From Planctomycetota bacterium (GTDB taxonomy: Bacteria > Planctomycetota > GCA-002687715 > CAIWVZ01), in contig JBGANV010000007.1 of assembly GCA_044222185.1 (NCBI GenBank), positions 32,001 to 96,000 of the forward strand: a stretch of 64,000 nucleotides of DNA, in the 5' to 3' direction. Every line of letters begins with the position of its first letter. The stretch's first letter is position 1. The position numbers and the translations under genes were made by a program. Positions 9,159 to 19,381 of the stretch are shown here, piece by piece. A model generated the notes under the pieces. It worked only from the letters and a program-made list of their open reading frames with translations. It was not told the origin of the DNA and did not search any database.

Positions 9159-10049
9159 GTGAACGACGGAACGAACGACACTCCGGCCTGGGCGCCGCCT
9201 GCGGCGTTTGCCATCTGCAGCCTCGTGTGGGGGAGCACGTTCCTCGCGATCAGCTTCGGCAACGACGCCATCCCTCCGTTCTGGGGCGCGGCGCTGCGGC
9301 TGGGTGTGGCGGCGGTGCTGCTCGGCGTCTTGATGGTGATGACACGCCAGCCGTATCCGCGGGGCCGCGCCCTCGTCGCTGCGTGCGGGTTCGGGTTCCT
9401 GAACTTCGGTGCGAGTTTCTGCCTGCTCTACTGGGCGGAGCAGACCGTGCCGTCGAGCCTCGCCGCCGTCGTGTACGCGACGTTGCCCCTCACGACCGCT
9501 CTGCTGGCGCGGGCCGTCGGCCTGGAGAAGCTCGTTCCGAGGAAGATCCTGGGCGCGCTGGTCGCGATCGGCGGTGTCGTCGTCATCTTCCGCTCGCGGC
9601 TCAGCGGGTCACATCCGCTCGGGCCCATGCTCGCCGTGATCGGCGGGTCCGTCGCGGCGGCGTCCTCCGGCGTCGCTCTGAAACTCGGGCCGAGGCAGCA
9701 TCCACTCGGTGCAAACGCGGCGGGTGCCTGCGTGGGGTTCGTCGTTTGCGCCCTCGCGAGCGTGCTTGCCGGTGAGGCGCACCCGATTCCCTCGACCTGG
9801 CGCGCGGCGTTTCCGATCCTCTACCTGGCGACGGTCGGTTCCATCGGCGCGTTCGTGGTCTACGCCTGGCTCGTGAACCACTGGGAACTGACGAAGGTGA
9901 GCTTCATCTCCGTCGTCGTTCCCGTCGTGGCGACGACCCTCGGCGTGCTCTTTCGTGACGAGGCCCTCACACCCACGAGCCAGGCCGGCGCCGCCATCGT
10001 GCTCAGCGGCGTCGTCATCGCACTGTGGACTCCGCGACCGATGCGATAG
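9159..10049 (+). CDS. EamA/DMT family transporter
   Basis: VWGSTFLAI, PPFWGAALRL, WAEQTVPSSLAAVVYATLP, ILYLATVGSIGAFVVYAWL; about 10 TM; GTG start at 9159. Confidence 0.9.
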   Translation: MNDGTNDTPAWAPPAAFAICSLVWGSTFLAISFGNDAIPPFWGAALRLGVAAVLLGVLMVMTRQPYPRGRALVAACGFGFLNFGASFCLLYWAEQTVPSSLAAVVYATLPLTTALLARAVGLEKLVPRKILGALVAIGGVVVIFRSRLSGSHPLGPMLAVIGGSVAAASSGVALKLGPRQHPLGANAAGACVGFVVCALASVLAGEAHPIPSTWRAAFPILYLATVGSIGAFVVYAWLVNHWELTKVSFISVVVPVVATTLGVLFRDEALTPTSQAGAAIVLSGVVIALWTPRPMR

Positions 10050-10920
10050 CCGGCAGCGATGAGGCCTGCGGCAACCTTCGCCGCGCGACGTGGTCTCGGA
10101 ACTGGAACGCGATGATCAGCCCGGCGCTCGCCGCGAGCCACCAGAACCCAGGTTCGGATCGCACGAGAGCATCGATCGCGTCCTCGCCAAGCGTCGAAAG
10201 CCGGCTCAAGAGCGGCGTGATCATCATCCACCCGGCAGACCACGCAGACGTCGCCAAGTGAACGAGCACGCGCGGAATCCGCGCCTGCCGTCGACTCGGA
10301 TCACGGAAGAAGACCAGCGTCGCCAACGCGCTGATCGCGACGATGACGCCGCCGAGGACACGCCACGGACCGGGAGGTCCCGACAGGAAGTCGAAGGTGA
10401 ACGAACCGACGAGCGCGGCACCGCCGAGAATCGCCGTGGCCAGGGCCGACTTCAGCGCAGCCTCGGCCCGCGTGAATCGCGACGATGCAACCCAGGCCTC
10501 CCGGACGGCGACGATCACGGGCGTGAGCGCCATGCAAGTGATCGTCATCGCGTGACCGTGGCCCGGGTGGAGGCCGGCGTGAGCTCGATAGGCGAACACA
10601 CCCCCGCAGCCGGCGGACCAGGCAAGCCACGGAAGCCTGCGTAGCCACAGAACACGCACGAGCGTCCGGCGTGAGACTCCCTGCAGGGCGCCGGCCTGCG
10701 ATGCCTGTCCGACCGCTCGCCCGACGGCGACCCACTGGGACCAGAGGAGCGCGGCCAGGAGTACGGTCCCGACCCACTCGACGAGTGACGCAGGAATCCG
10801 GCCCGGCGAAGGGACGACGATCGGGAGAACGGGCATTCCCCAAAGGAAGATGCGATCGGCGGCAACGCAGACGAGGGCCCATGAGCGGTGTTCCGGCGTC
10901 GTTCGCCCGTTCAGCATCAC
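10015..10920 (-). CDS. Hypothetical polytopic membrane protein
   Basis: About 7-8 hydrophobic segments; follows the M48 gene on the same strand; start uncertain; 3' end overlaps the EamA gene. Confidence 0.5.
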   Translation of the reverse strand: MMLNGRTTPEHRSWALVCVAADRIFLWGMPVLPIVVPSPGRIPASLVEWVGTVLLAALLWSQWVAVGRAVGQASQAGALQGVSRRTLVRVLWLRRLPWLAWSAGCGGVFAYRAHAGLHPGHGHAMTITCMALTPVIVAVREAWVASSRFTRAEAALKSALATAILGGAALVGSFTFDFLSGPPGPWRVLGGVIVAISALATLVFFRDPSRRQARIPRVLVHLATSAWSAGWMMITPLLSRLSTLGEDAIDALVRSEPGFWWLAASAGLIIAFQFRDHVARRRLPQASSLPAIASVAESTVR

Positions 10921-10993
10921 ATTCCCGTCGTCGCTGCGCCGCGCGCGTCTCGCGTGACGTCACCGGATGTCTGCCATGGCGGCGGGATCGTGG

Positions 10994-12976
10994 TCATGCT
11001 GGAACGCGCCCTGGAGGAGACACCGCTTCCGATGCCGCGCCGTCGATCCGGTTGCCGAACTGCGCCTCGATCCGTCGCAACTCGGGGGCGAGCAGCGCAA
11101 CCGGGTGCTTCGCTACGGAATCACGTGCTGACGTACAGGCTTCGGCCGCAGCGGCGTGCGACTCGAACGCTACGGCGAAACGGGCGCGTGCCAGCGCCAC
11201 CCACACGTCGCCCGGGATCGTCCTCTCTGCGTCTTCGAGCAGGTCGCGAGCTCGCGGCCGGTCGCCCGAATCGGACGCGAGGCAGGATTCGAAGGCCGTC
11301 AACGCGCCGAACCGCGGATGCAGCGGACGCACGCGGCGGAGGATCGCGAGGGCCTCCGCCGGCTGTCCGAGGTTGCGATGCGCTCGGGCGCGCAGGAGAG
11401 CCACGACCGGCGAGTTCGGGAACCGGGCTTGAAGCGGCGCGGTGATCTCCAGAGCCATCGCTGGATCGGTGTCGAGGCGGAGGATCCCCTCGATCACGAC
11501 CGGTGCGTGGAACTTGGGGAACTCCTCGCGCAGCGCGGCCATCTCGGTGATCGCCGGCCCTGTTTCGCCGAGCACGGCGCGGGAAGCGGCGACGGTGTAG
11601 CGAACGCCCGGATCCCGACAGACGCGTTTCTTGCGGTGTTGCGCCTCGCGGACGACGCCCTCGAAGTCCGACGCGGTGAAGGACGCCAGGAGACGTTGGC
11701 GGCATCGAACGATCGGACGCGAGACGGCGCCGCCGACGAAACCGACGAGCAGGCAGATGAGCCCGATCAAGGAGAGGGCGAACCCGTCGAGCGACGGGCC
11801 ATTGACGATGGTCAGCGCGGTCACGATCACTCCGCCGAAGCCGAGCAGCGCTTCGATCCGCCCAGCCGGGTTCGGTGCGGAGAACAACCGGCGTGTCTCC
11901 TTCGTGAGGCTTCGGCCTGCGATGAGCAGCAGCGCGAGGCGCGCCATGGCCACGACACAGAAGAGCGCAACGGCCGTCGACGGAAACGGTCTGGCGAGCG
12001 CGACCGCCACGAAGAAGAGGGTCGTATGAACTCCGATTCCCCACCGCGCGAAGACCGTCTGTCGCCGTGCGACGTGGCTGCAATCCTCCATCGTCGCTCG
12101 CTCCGCGTCGGGCGCCGCCGCGCGGAGCCTCTCGTGACGAATGGCCGGATGAGGGTGCGTGGAGATGGTGTGGATCAACCGGATGGCCCAGGAGCCGCTC
12201 TCCGGCAGACCGATCGTGTGCGTCTTGTCCAGCGCCAGCGACATGCTGCGGTATCCGGCGACGCTGCCCGCCAGGAGGTCGCAGGCCACCTCGTCATGGC
12301 GGGACACGAACGTTCGCATCAGCGTCATGGCTGCCAGCATCGCGGCGATCCCACAAATCACATTCGACGCCACGGCGACGCCGAGACCGATGGCTGCGGC
12401 GGCCCCCGTCATCCACGCGAACGCGCGGAGAGTCCCGCGCGCGATGTGCGCCGTCTCGTGGGCAAGCATTGCATCGCGTTCGTCAGCGGTCAGACGATGA
12501 ACGATCCCGTCCGTGACGAGGATGGCCGGTGACTGCAGAGCGCAGGCGAAGGCCGCCACCGTCAGGGACGCGGACGGGCTGTTGCTCTGCAGCACGCGGG
12601 GCGTCGCGATCCCCATCGCCGTCGCCGTCCGCGCGACGGTCGCGAGAACGGCTGGCTCCTGGCACGGCGGGAGTGGTCGGTTGCGGTCGCCGGCGTGGCG
12701 CGGAAGGCGCAGCGCCATCGGCGCCAGCACCATGGTGACTGGCAGAATGGCGCCAATTTCCACCAGCGGGAAGCGTCCCAAGCTCCATGCGATGCCGGCG
12801 GCGACGAGCGGAACGAGCGCGCAAACCGTAGCGATCTCTGCTGCCACCAGCAGCAGGCGCGCCGTCGTGCCGCCGCACTGCTTCGTCGCCTGGCGTCCCG
12901 TAAGCCAGGCGATGACGAATTCGGCGGCCCACGTGATGGCCACGAGCGCGCTCCAGAATTCGAGACCTGCTCGCAT
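10994..12976 (-). CDS. M48-family (HtpX/Ste24-like) membrane zinc metalloprotease with C-terminal TMs and TPR-like repeats
   Basis: ILVTDGIV..LTADERDAMLAHETAH (HExxH), RHDEVACD, STHPHPAIRHERL; helical TPR-like tail; ATG at 12976 (upstream ORF extension runs through repeat DNA). Confidence 0.8.
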   Translation of the reverse strand: MRAGLEFWSALVAITWAAEFVIAWLTGRQATKQCGGTTARLLLVAAEIATVCALVPLVAAGIAWSLGRFPLVEIGAILPVTMVLAPMALRLPRHAGDRNRPLPPCQEPAVLATVARTATAMGIATPRVLQSNSPSASLTVAAFACALQSPAILVTDGIVHRLTADERDAMLAHETAHIARGTLRAFAWMTGAAAAIGLGVAVASNVICGIAAMLAAMTLMRTFVSRHDEVACDLLAGSVAGYRSMSLALDKTHTIGLPESGSWAIRLIHTISTHPHPAIRHERLRAAAPDAERATMEDCSHVARRQTVFARWGIGVHTTLFFVAVALARPFPSTAVALFCVVAMARLALLLIAGRSLTKETRRLFSAPNPAGRIEALLGFGGVIVTALTIVNGPSLDGFALSLIGLICLLVGFVGGAVSRPIVRCRQRLLASFTASDFEGVVREAQHRKKRVCRDPGVRYTVAASRAVLGETGPAITEMAALREEFPKFHAPVVIEGILRLDTDPAMALEITAPLQARFPNSPVVALLRARAHRNLGQPAEALAILRRVRPLHPRFGALTAFESCLASDSGDRPRARDLLEDAERTIPGDVWVALARARFAVAFESHAAAAEACTSARDSVAKHPVALLAPELRRIEAQFGNRIDGAASEAVSPPGRVPA

Positions 12977-13126
12977 CCGCACCCTCCGCTCCCCTGGACA
13001 GCGCCCGACGCCGACCGGGAGCCGGGGATCATACCGTGCGGTCACCGGCTCCGACTGTGCGGCTCGGCTTGGGCACTTGGGGCTCAATGATGATCGAGAG
13101 TCCCGTGGCCCGGTCTTCGACGACGG

Positions 13127-13774
13127 CGGAGCGCCGCGTCCACCGCCGTCTCGGCCGGCGTGGCATGGGGCCCGGTGCGAGATCACTGAGGGCTGCATGA
13201 TCATCGAACGTCCCGCAGCGGATCGACACCAGCGGGACCGGACGCCTCGGCTGCGCCTCGGTCGTCCGGCGATCCTGCCGCGCGCGCCGCCGCTGGCGCG
13301 GCGGGTCGCCCGGCGCTCCTCTGGGCAGACGGCGTTCCGCTGCGAGATCTCCTTCGGACCTCCGCGTTCGCTGGCGTGTCGTCGGAGCGCTGCGTCCACC
13401 GCCGTCTCGGCGGGGACCGGCAGGATCGCCGCGCGTCTCGCGCGGTCCGGCCGGCGTGGCATGGGGGTCGGTGCGGGATCACTGACATCGACGTGATCAT
13501 CGCGGGGCCCCTTGCGAATCGACGCCCGTTGGCCCGGGCGCCCTCGCTTCGCTCGGGTCGCCCGGCGATCCTGCCACTCGTCCTCGCTGACGCTCGGTTC
13601 GAGTGGCGCTCCGTCGCGCCGCTCGCGCGACGCGATTCGGAGGGCGACGCGTTTCGAGAGGCGACGGCGCGCGCAACCGCGCGACGACGTTCGCGATCGG
13701 CCGCGGCTTGCGCGGAGAGCGCCGCGCGACTCGCGCGGCGCACCCGGCGAGGATCGGGGCCCGGTGCGAGATCA
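13127..13774. repeat. Cluster of degenerate copies of a structured intergenic element (A 13127-13280, B 13383-13575, partial D 13716-13774)
   Basis: Shared segments gagcgccgcgtccaccgccgtctcgg, cggcgtggcatggggcccggtgcgagatcactga, tgatcatcg, cggcgatcctgcc. Confidence 0.8.
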
Positions 13775-13824
13775 GCGAGTCGTGCGGGACGACCGCCTCC
13801 CGCGACCCGACGGGCACGAGTCGG

Positions 13825-16431
13825 TCACTGCACGGAAATCCGGGCGACGCGGCTCCAGCAGCCCAACGTGCCGCCCGTCCAGTCGAAGCACACGGCGTCG
13901 AGCGAGAGTCCGGGTGGCAGCAGAATCCCACCGAAGGTCCGCGCGCCCACCGGTGAAAGGAAGTGGATCGGGACCGCTCCGACGGGAAGGCTGAATTGAA
14001 ACAGGAGCAACGATGGATCGGGCGCACACAGCCCGAGGTACGGGCCCCCGCCGGGAAGTCCACCGCAAGGCGTGTCGCTGAAGATGTTGTAGTACTCGTG
14101 CGACTTCACCAGCGACGTGTTCTGCACCGTGACCGGCCCGCCAGGGCTCCCTTGCGTCATGCTGATCGTCGGCCGGAGGGGACCCCACTTGGCGATCCCT
14201 CTCGATGGCACTCCACCGACACCTCCGAACGTCCCGCCGACGAACAACGCCGACCCGGATCCGTCATCGTGTGCGACCAACGCCTGGCCGCCGACGCTCG
14301 ACGTGTTCTGGAAGGTGCCTCCGAGCGGAGTCCAGATTCCGGGCCCCAGCATCTTCAGGACGCCGGTCGCAGAAGTCGCAAACAGCGCCGGACCACTTCC
14401 ATCGTCCCAGATCGTCAACGCGGCGACGGAGGTCGGAGACGCGGGACCAACCGACGACCACGACGTTCCATTCCACTTCATGACCCCCGTCGCGGATGAG
14501 CCGTTGAGGCTCCCGATCGCGCCACCGAGGAAGAGAGCCGGGCCGCTGCCGTCGTCGAAGATGCGGAGCGCGCTCCTCGCGTTCGAAACGCCACCCGTGG
14601 TCGCGATCACCTGCCACGACGTCCCGACGCGCTCGAATACCGAATTCGGGGTCGTGATGCCGCCGCCCCAAGGCCGCACGACTCCGAACAGTCGTGGACC
14701 GGTGCCGATGTCGCCGAACGCAAGCGCCTTCACCTCGATCCCGGTAGGCGCGCCCAGGTCCGACCACGCCGTACCGTTCCAAGCCGCCATCGAGTTGGCG
14801 GGTACGCCGCCCGCCGACGTGAAGATGCCGCCGACCACGAGCTTCGGACCACTGCCGTCGTTCATGACGGTGAAGGCGTGCGCCACTGGGAGTGGCGGCA
14901 ACGGGAGCGGCGGGCCGCCGGTGAGGCCTCCGAGCACGCTACCCCACGACGATCCGTTCCACCGCGCGACGGTTCCGGGCACTCCACCGCCGGCGTAGAG
15001 CTCTGGGCCGTTGCCGGAATCGAAGATCGCGAGCGCCTCCACGGATCCCAACGCTGCCGATCCAAGCGGCAACCACTGGCCGTTCAGGAACGCCGCGACG
15101 CCGCTCGCCGCGACGCCGCCGATGCGAAGGAACGAGCCGCCGGCGAACAGTGCATGCGCGCCCAAGAGGTCACCGGATACGAGAGCCGACAGCGATCCCG
15201 TCGGCGCGACGCCGTTCCCGGGAAGGGAAGACCAGGCCGTTCCGTCCCAACGCAAGATTTCAGAATGCGTCGTGCTGCCGGGCGTGGACATGGCCGCATG
15301 GAGCGCGGGCCCCGTCCCATCATCGAAGACCAGGCCGCTGTAGCCCTGCGCCGCGCCGAACCCCGAGCCGGCCGGCGACCACGCTCCACCGCGATACCGG
15401 GCCACGCCGCCCGTCGACGTTCCGCCCGCCGAGGTCACCTGCCCGAATGCGAACAACGCGGACCCGCCTCCGTCATCCCACGCGGTGAGCGCCGACAACC
15501 CCGTGGAACCCAGACCCGAGCCGGGCGTCGACCACGCGGAACCATTCCACTTCGCGATGTGGTTCGCCGGCATCCCTCCGGCCACGCTGAAGAATCCTCC
15601 GACGAACAGCGCAGGGCCGAAACCATCGTCGTAGACGACGGCATCTCGAGCGACGGACGACGGTCCCGAGATGCCCGCTCCCAAGGCGGTCCATGCCGTC
15701 CCGTTCCACCGTGCCACGTTCGATGCGATTCCCATCCCCGTGAAGGTGAATCTTCCGACGGCATAGAGACCCGGGCCCGAGCCATTGGTCCAGGATCGAA
15801 GCGCATGGATGTCGCCGAAGGCTCCCTGTCCCACGTCCACCCACGCCGTGCCGGTCCATCGTGCGAGGCTGTTGAGCACCACGGAGCCGGACGCGCCGAA
15901 CGTGCCACCGGCATGGAGCGCCGGACCCGCTCCGTCATCGAAGACGCACAGCGTGCGCACCGCGCCATTCAACCCGGCTCCGACCGGCGCCCAGTTCGTT
16001 CCGTTCCACCGTCCGATGTTCGCGAGCGCAATCCCGTTCGTCGTGCTGAAGGCCCCCGAGAACCCGACGTAGAGCGCCGGTCCCGATCCGTCGTCGAACG
16101 CCGCGAGCGCGAGCGGCACCGGAGGCATCGTTCCGGATTGCCACGTGGGGAGAAACGGCACGGCGGACCACGCAACCCCGTTCCATTGCATCAAGCTGCC
16201 GTGGTCCGAAGCGGCGTTGGCGCCAGCGAAGAGCCGCGGTCCCGATCCATCGTCGAAGGTGCCCAGTGCCCCGGAGAATCCGGATGGCTGGAGATAGGGC
16301 GATCCGAATCCCTCGGACCACCCGGCGACGCACTGCGCCACGGCCGCCGAACCGGTGAAAAGCAAAATGCCCGCGAAGACGGCGTGAGTCACGAACTTTG
16401 AGCTGGGCAATGGCGAGCTCGATCTGGTCAT
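13825..16431 (-). CDS. Secreted beta-propeller repeat protein (about 14 WNG/FDDGSGP blades) with Cys-containing C-terminal domain
   Basis: Signal peptide ending AVA|QC; repeats ALxxFDDGxGPALYxGG.F....ANxIARWNGxxW; CTD HEYYNIFS..PC..GGGPYLGLC. Confidence 0.85.
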   Translation of the reverse strand: MTRSSSPLPSSKFVTHAVFAGILLFTGSAAVAQCVAGWSEGFGSPYLQPSGFSGALGTFDDGSGPRLFAGANAASDHGSLMQWNGVAWSAVPFLPTWQSGTMPPVPLALAAFDDGSGPALYVGFSGAFSTTNGIALANIGRWNGTNWAPVGAGLNGAVRTLCVFDDGAGPALHAGGTFGASGSVVLNSLARWTGTAWVDVGQGAFGDIHALRSWTNGSGPGLYAVGRFTFTGMGIASNVARWNGTAWTALGAGISGPSSVARDAVVYDDGFGPALFVGGFFSVAGGMPANHIAKWNGSAWSTPGSGLGSTGLSALTAWDDGGGSALFAFGQVTSAGGTSTGGVARYRGGAWSPAGSGFGAAQGYSGLVFDDGTGPALHAAMSTPGSTTHSEILRWDGTAWSSLPGNGVAPTGSLSALVSGDLLGAHALFAGGSFLRIGGVAASGVAAFLNGQWLPLGSAALGSVEALAIFDSGNGPELYAGGGVPGTVARWNGSSWGSVLGGLTGGPPLPLPPLPVAHAFTVMNDGSGPKLVVGGIFTSAGGVPANSMAAWNGTAWSDLGAPTGIEVKALAFGDIGTGPRLFGVVRPWGGGITTPNSVFERVGTSWQVIATTGGVSNARSALRIFDDGSGPALFLGGAIGSLNGSSATGVMKWNGTSWSSVGPASPTSVAALTIWDDGSGPALFATSATGVLKMLGPGIWTPLGGTFQNTSSVGGQALVAHDDGSGSALFVGGTFGGVGGVPSRGIAKWGPLRPTISMTQGSPGGPVTVQNTSLVKSHEYYNIFSDTPCGGLPGGGPYLGLCAPDPSLLLFQFSLPVGAVPIHFLSPVGARTFGGILLPPGLSLDAVCFDWTGGTLGCWSRVARISVQ

Positions 16432-16533
16432 GCGACGATCCTCGGGAGTCTTGTCCCCGACGGTGGTGGTGAGGCTATCCTCATGATCATGGCGTGTCCA
16501 CGCGCTCGCGTCGCTGAAAGCCTGCAATTCACG

Positions 16534-16562
16534 GGAACTTCGTGCGCAGGCCGAGACGTCGA
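16534..16562 (+). promoter_or_regulatory. Candidate ECF-sigma promoter (GGAACTT-N16-CGTCGA) upstream of the FG-GAP gene
   Basis: ggaactt 16534-16540, 16-nt spacer, cgtcga 16557-16562, 39 nt before ATG 16602; matches generic ECF AAC/CGT consensus. Confidence 0.35.
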
Positions 16563-16601
16563 TGCGCGAGCGCCAAAGCGATTTCGGCCGAGGTCTCTCC
16601 G

Positions 16602-19151
16602 ATGAATGACGTCCGCGCGATCGTCTTCGCCTGCGGTTTTGCTGCCCTCGCCTGCCAGTTTTCCGCCGGGCAGGGCGTGCCGCTGTTCGAGCCTCGCGTG
16701 ATCTCGCTGCAGGTCTCGATTCCGGGCTCCGCGATCGTGAATCCAACGCACGGCATGCTGGTCGATCTCGACGGAGACGGCGACGCGGACTTCGTCACGT
16801 TCGACGTGCAGGGGTACGTCGTCGTCTGCCTCGCCAGCAACGGGACCCTCGGGCCCGCCGCGGCGTATCCCATCGGTCAGAGCGTCGCGTGTGCGACGGC
16901 CGGCGACATCGATGGTGACGGGGACGTCGACCTGGTCATCGTCGGAACCTACGTGTCCTCGGCGCTGTGGGTGTATCGCAACGACGGGGCTGGCGGATTC
17001 GGCGCTCCTCCACTCATTCAACTCCTTCCCGCCGGGAGGTCGTACTGGACCGTGACGATCGCGCGGATGAACGCCGACGCGATACCGGATCTCTTCACGA
17101 GCGGCGGAGCGACTCCCTCGACGGTGCTCATCGGAAGCGGGAACGGGACGTTCACGGCGACGACCGGGCCGATCTTGCCGTCGTTGCTGTTCGACGTCGC
17201 AGACGACGACGGAGACGGTGACGACGACATTCACGTGATTTCAGTGCCCAACGTCGTCACCTACCGCAACACCGGGCAAGGCAGCTTCGCGCCGCCGATT
17301 CCCCGGTTTCCCGTGGCGTCCAGCGCGACCAATGTCTGGGTGAGGGACATCGACCTGGACACGAATCGCGACTTCGTCGTCTTCTCGTCATCGGGCGGCG
17401 GCTCGACGTCCATGCAGGTCGCTCTCGGAAACGGGTCGGGGTCCTACTCCGTTGGCGCTCCGCAAATCGTCGCGACGACGCTCTGCACGAACCCGATACT
17501 CACGGACGCCGATGGTGACGGCGACCTCGATCTCTTCGTGGTCACGCAGTCCGGGAGCCTCGGGCTCGCACGGAACGCGGGCGCCGCAACGTTCAGTCCG
17601 GTGTCGGTCTTCGACCCGTCGCTCGGCACCACGGTGTTGACCGGCGACTTGGACGGCGACGGCGTCAGCGACGTACTTCAGCTCTACACGAGCTTTGCGA
17701 CGCTCCGCAGAGGCGTCGCGCCGAATGCCGTCCAGCCGTTGATCGAGGTGCCCATCGGGTCCACGTTCGGTTTCGGCCTCCTCCTCACCGACCTGAACTC
17801 CGACGGCTTGCCGGACCTGGTCGTGAGCGCCTTCTCGGGACTCACGCTGCTGATGGGGCTCGAGCAGTCGCCGACGCCGCAGTTCATCTCCGGGTCCGCT
17901 CCGTCGTCGCCGGGCATCGTGGCGGCGGACTTCAATCGCGACGGATTCCTCGACGTGATGTCGCTCACTTCGCTCGGCACGCTCGAACTCAGGCTCGGCG
18001 ACGGGCAGGGAGGCCTGGCGCCGCCGTCCGTCGTCTCCGTGGGTGCTGGCGGGCGGACCGTCGTTGCGGCGGACGTGAACGGCGACGGCAATCCGGACGC
18101 CGTCGTGCTCTTCACTGGTTCCCTCGCGGTGCGGCTCGGTGATGGGGCTGGGGGCTTCGGTGCGCCGATCGTGACCCCGTCTCCCGTCACGTCGGCCACC
18201 AGCAGCGTGGGCGACGAGCGGCTGTTCCTCGCGGACCTGAACGGCGATGGCTTCCTCGATGCCGTGGTCTACCCAGGAGCCGCGGCCTCGACCCCCGGCT
18301 TCGGCATCCTGTTGGGGAATGGCACCGGAGCGTTCCCGTCCTCGTCGGTCCTGCCCGGCTCCGCTTCGGGACGATGGCCAGCACTCCACGACGTCAACGA
18401 TGATGGTGTTCCCGACCTGCTGTTCACGATCGTCTCGACGAGCCAGTTCGCCGTGAGGTTCGGTGTCGGTGACGGCACGTTCCTCCCGTTCGTGCTGACG
18501 CCGATCGCGGGCCCGGGCGACATCGCCGTGGCCGATTTCGACGGCGATGGATTCCCGGACGTGATGACGAGCACGGGTTGGCTGATCCGCAACGATGGAA
18601 CAGGCGCGTTTCCACAGACGGAGAGGATCGGCCCGATCTCCGGAACTCTTCGGACGGCGGACGTCAATGCGGACCTTCAGGTCGATGCCGTATTCGTTCA
18701 CTCGAGCTCCCAGTCCGCCTCGGTGTCGATTCTGCACGACCTTCGACGCTGCCCGTGCACCGGGTTTCGATATGGGATTGGTTGCCCCGGCGCGGCGGGG
18801 GTCGTGCCGGCACTTTCCGCTCGCGGATGCGCGTCGCCGGGCGCGACGCTTTCGCTCGACGTTCGCGGCGGACTCGGCGGAGCATCCGGAGGACTGGTGA
18901 TCGATCAAGCCGCCGTGAATACGCCCGTGGGCTACGGCTGTGCGGCGTTGGTTCCCTTCAGCATGCCGACGGTTCTTCCTTTCGTTCTCGGCGGCCCGCC
19001 GGTCGCAGGCCTCGGACGGACGACGTTCAGCGTGACGCTCCCGCCGACGTTTCCGACGGGAGTGACGGCGGCACTGCAGGCCGTCGTCTTCGATGCGGCG
19101 TCACCGCTTCAGGTGTCGGCGACGAACGGGGTCTCACTGGTCATCCGGTAG
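16602..19151 (+). CDS. Secreted FG-GAP/VCBS repeat protein with C-terminal putative sorting domain
   Basis: Signal peptide SAG|Q; more than 12 DxDGDGxxD-type motifs; CTD YGIGCPGAAGVVPAL...LQAVVFD...SATNGVSLVIR. Confidence 0.9.
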   Translation: MNDVRAIVFACGFAALACQFSAGQGVPLFEPRVISLQVSIPGSAIVNPTHGMLVDLDGDGDADFVTFDVQGYVVVCLASNGTLGPAAAYPIGQSVACATAGDIDGDGDVDLVIVGTYVSSALWVYRNDGAGGFGAPPLIQLLPAGRSYWTVTIARMNADAIPDLFTSGGATPSTVLIGSGNGTFTATTGPILPSLLFDVADDDGDGDDDIHVISVPNVVTYRNTGQGSFAPPIPRFPVASSATNVWVRDIDLDTNRDFVVFSSSGGGSTSMQVALGNGSGSYSVGAPQIVATTLCTNPILTDADGDGDLDLFVVTQSGSLGLARNAGAATFSPVSVFDPSLGTTVLTGDLDGDGVSDVLQLYTSFATLRRGVAPNAVQPLIEVPIGSTFGFGLLLTDLNSDGLPDLVVSAFSGLTLLMGLEQSPTPQFISGSAPSSPGIVAADFNRDGFLDVMSLTSLGTLELRLGDGQGGLAPPSVVSVGAGGRTVVAADVNGDGNPDAVVLFTGSLAVRLGDGAGGFGAPIVTPSPVTSATSSVGDERLFLADLNGDGFLDAVVYPGAAASTPGFGILLGNGTGAFPSSSVLPGSASGRWPALHDVNDDGVPDLLFTIVSTSQFAVRFGVGDGTFLPFVLTPIAGPGDIAVADFDGDGFPDVMTSTGWLIRNDGTGAFPQTERIGPISGTLRTADVNADLQVDAVFVHSSSQSASVSILHDLRRCPCTGFRYGIGCPGAAGVVPALSARGCASPGATLSLDVRGGLGGASGGLVIDQAAVNTPVGYGCAALVPFSMPTVLPFVLGGPPVAGLGRTTFSVTLPPTFPTGVTAALQAVVFDAASPLQVSATNGVSLVIR

Positions 19152-19164
19152 GGCCTCGTGCCGC

Positions 19165-19320
19165 AGAGCGCCGCGTTCACCGCCGTCTCGGTGGGGACCG
19201 GCCGGATCGCTGCGCTTCCCGCGCGTCCCGCGCGGTCCGGCGGGCGTGGAGTGGGGGCCGGTTCGAGATGACTGCGGCGCGCGCGACGATCCCGCAACCC
19301 GCCGCGCCGCGCGATCGGCC
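19165..19320. repeat. Dispersed copy C of the 13.1-13.8 kb element, between convergent genes
   Basis: agagcgccgcgttcaccgccgtctcggtggggaccggccggatcgc...cgcggtccggcgggcgtgg...ccggttcgagatgactg aligns with copy B. Confidence 0.8.
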
Positions 19321-19381
19321 CCACCATTGGTCCCCGCTGCCCCCCGGTTCGAATCGCGCGCCGCTTTCGTGCGCGGGCTGG

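Noticed and set aside
12977-13999. ORFs across the repeat cluster, including the N-terminal extension of the M48 ORF
   Set aside because: Low-complexity Arg-rich translations of non-coding repeats
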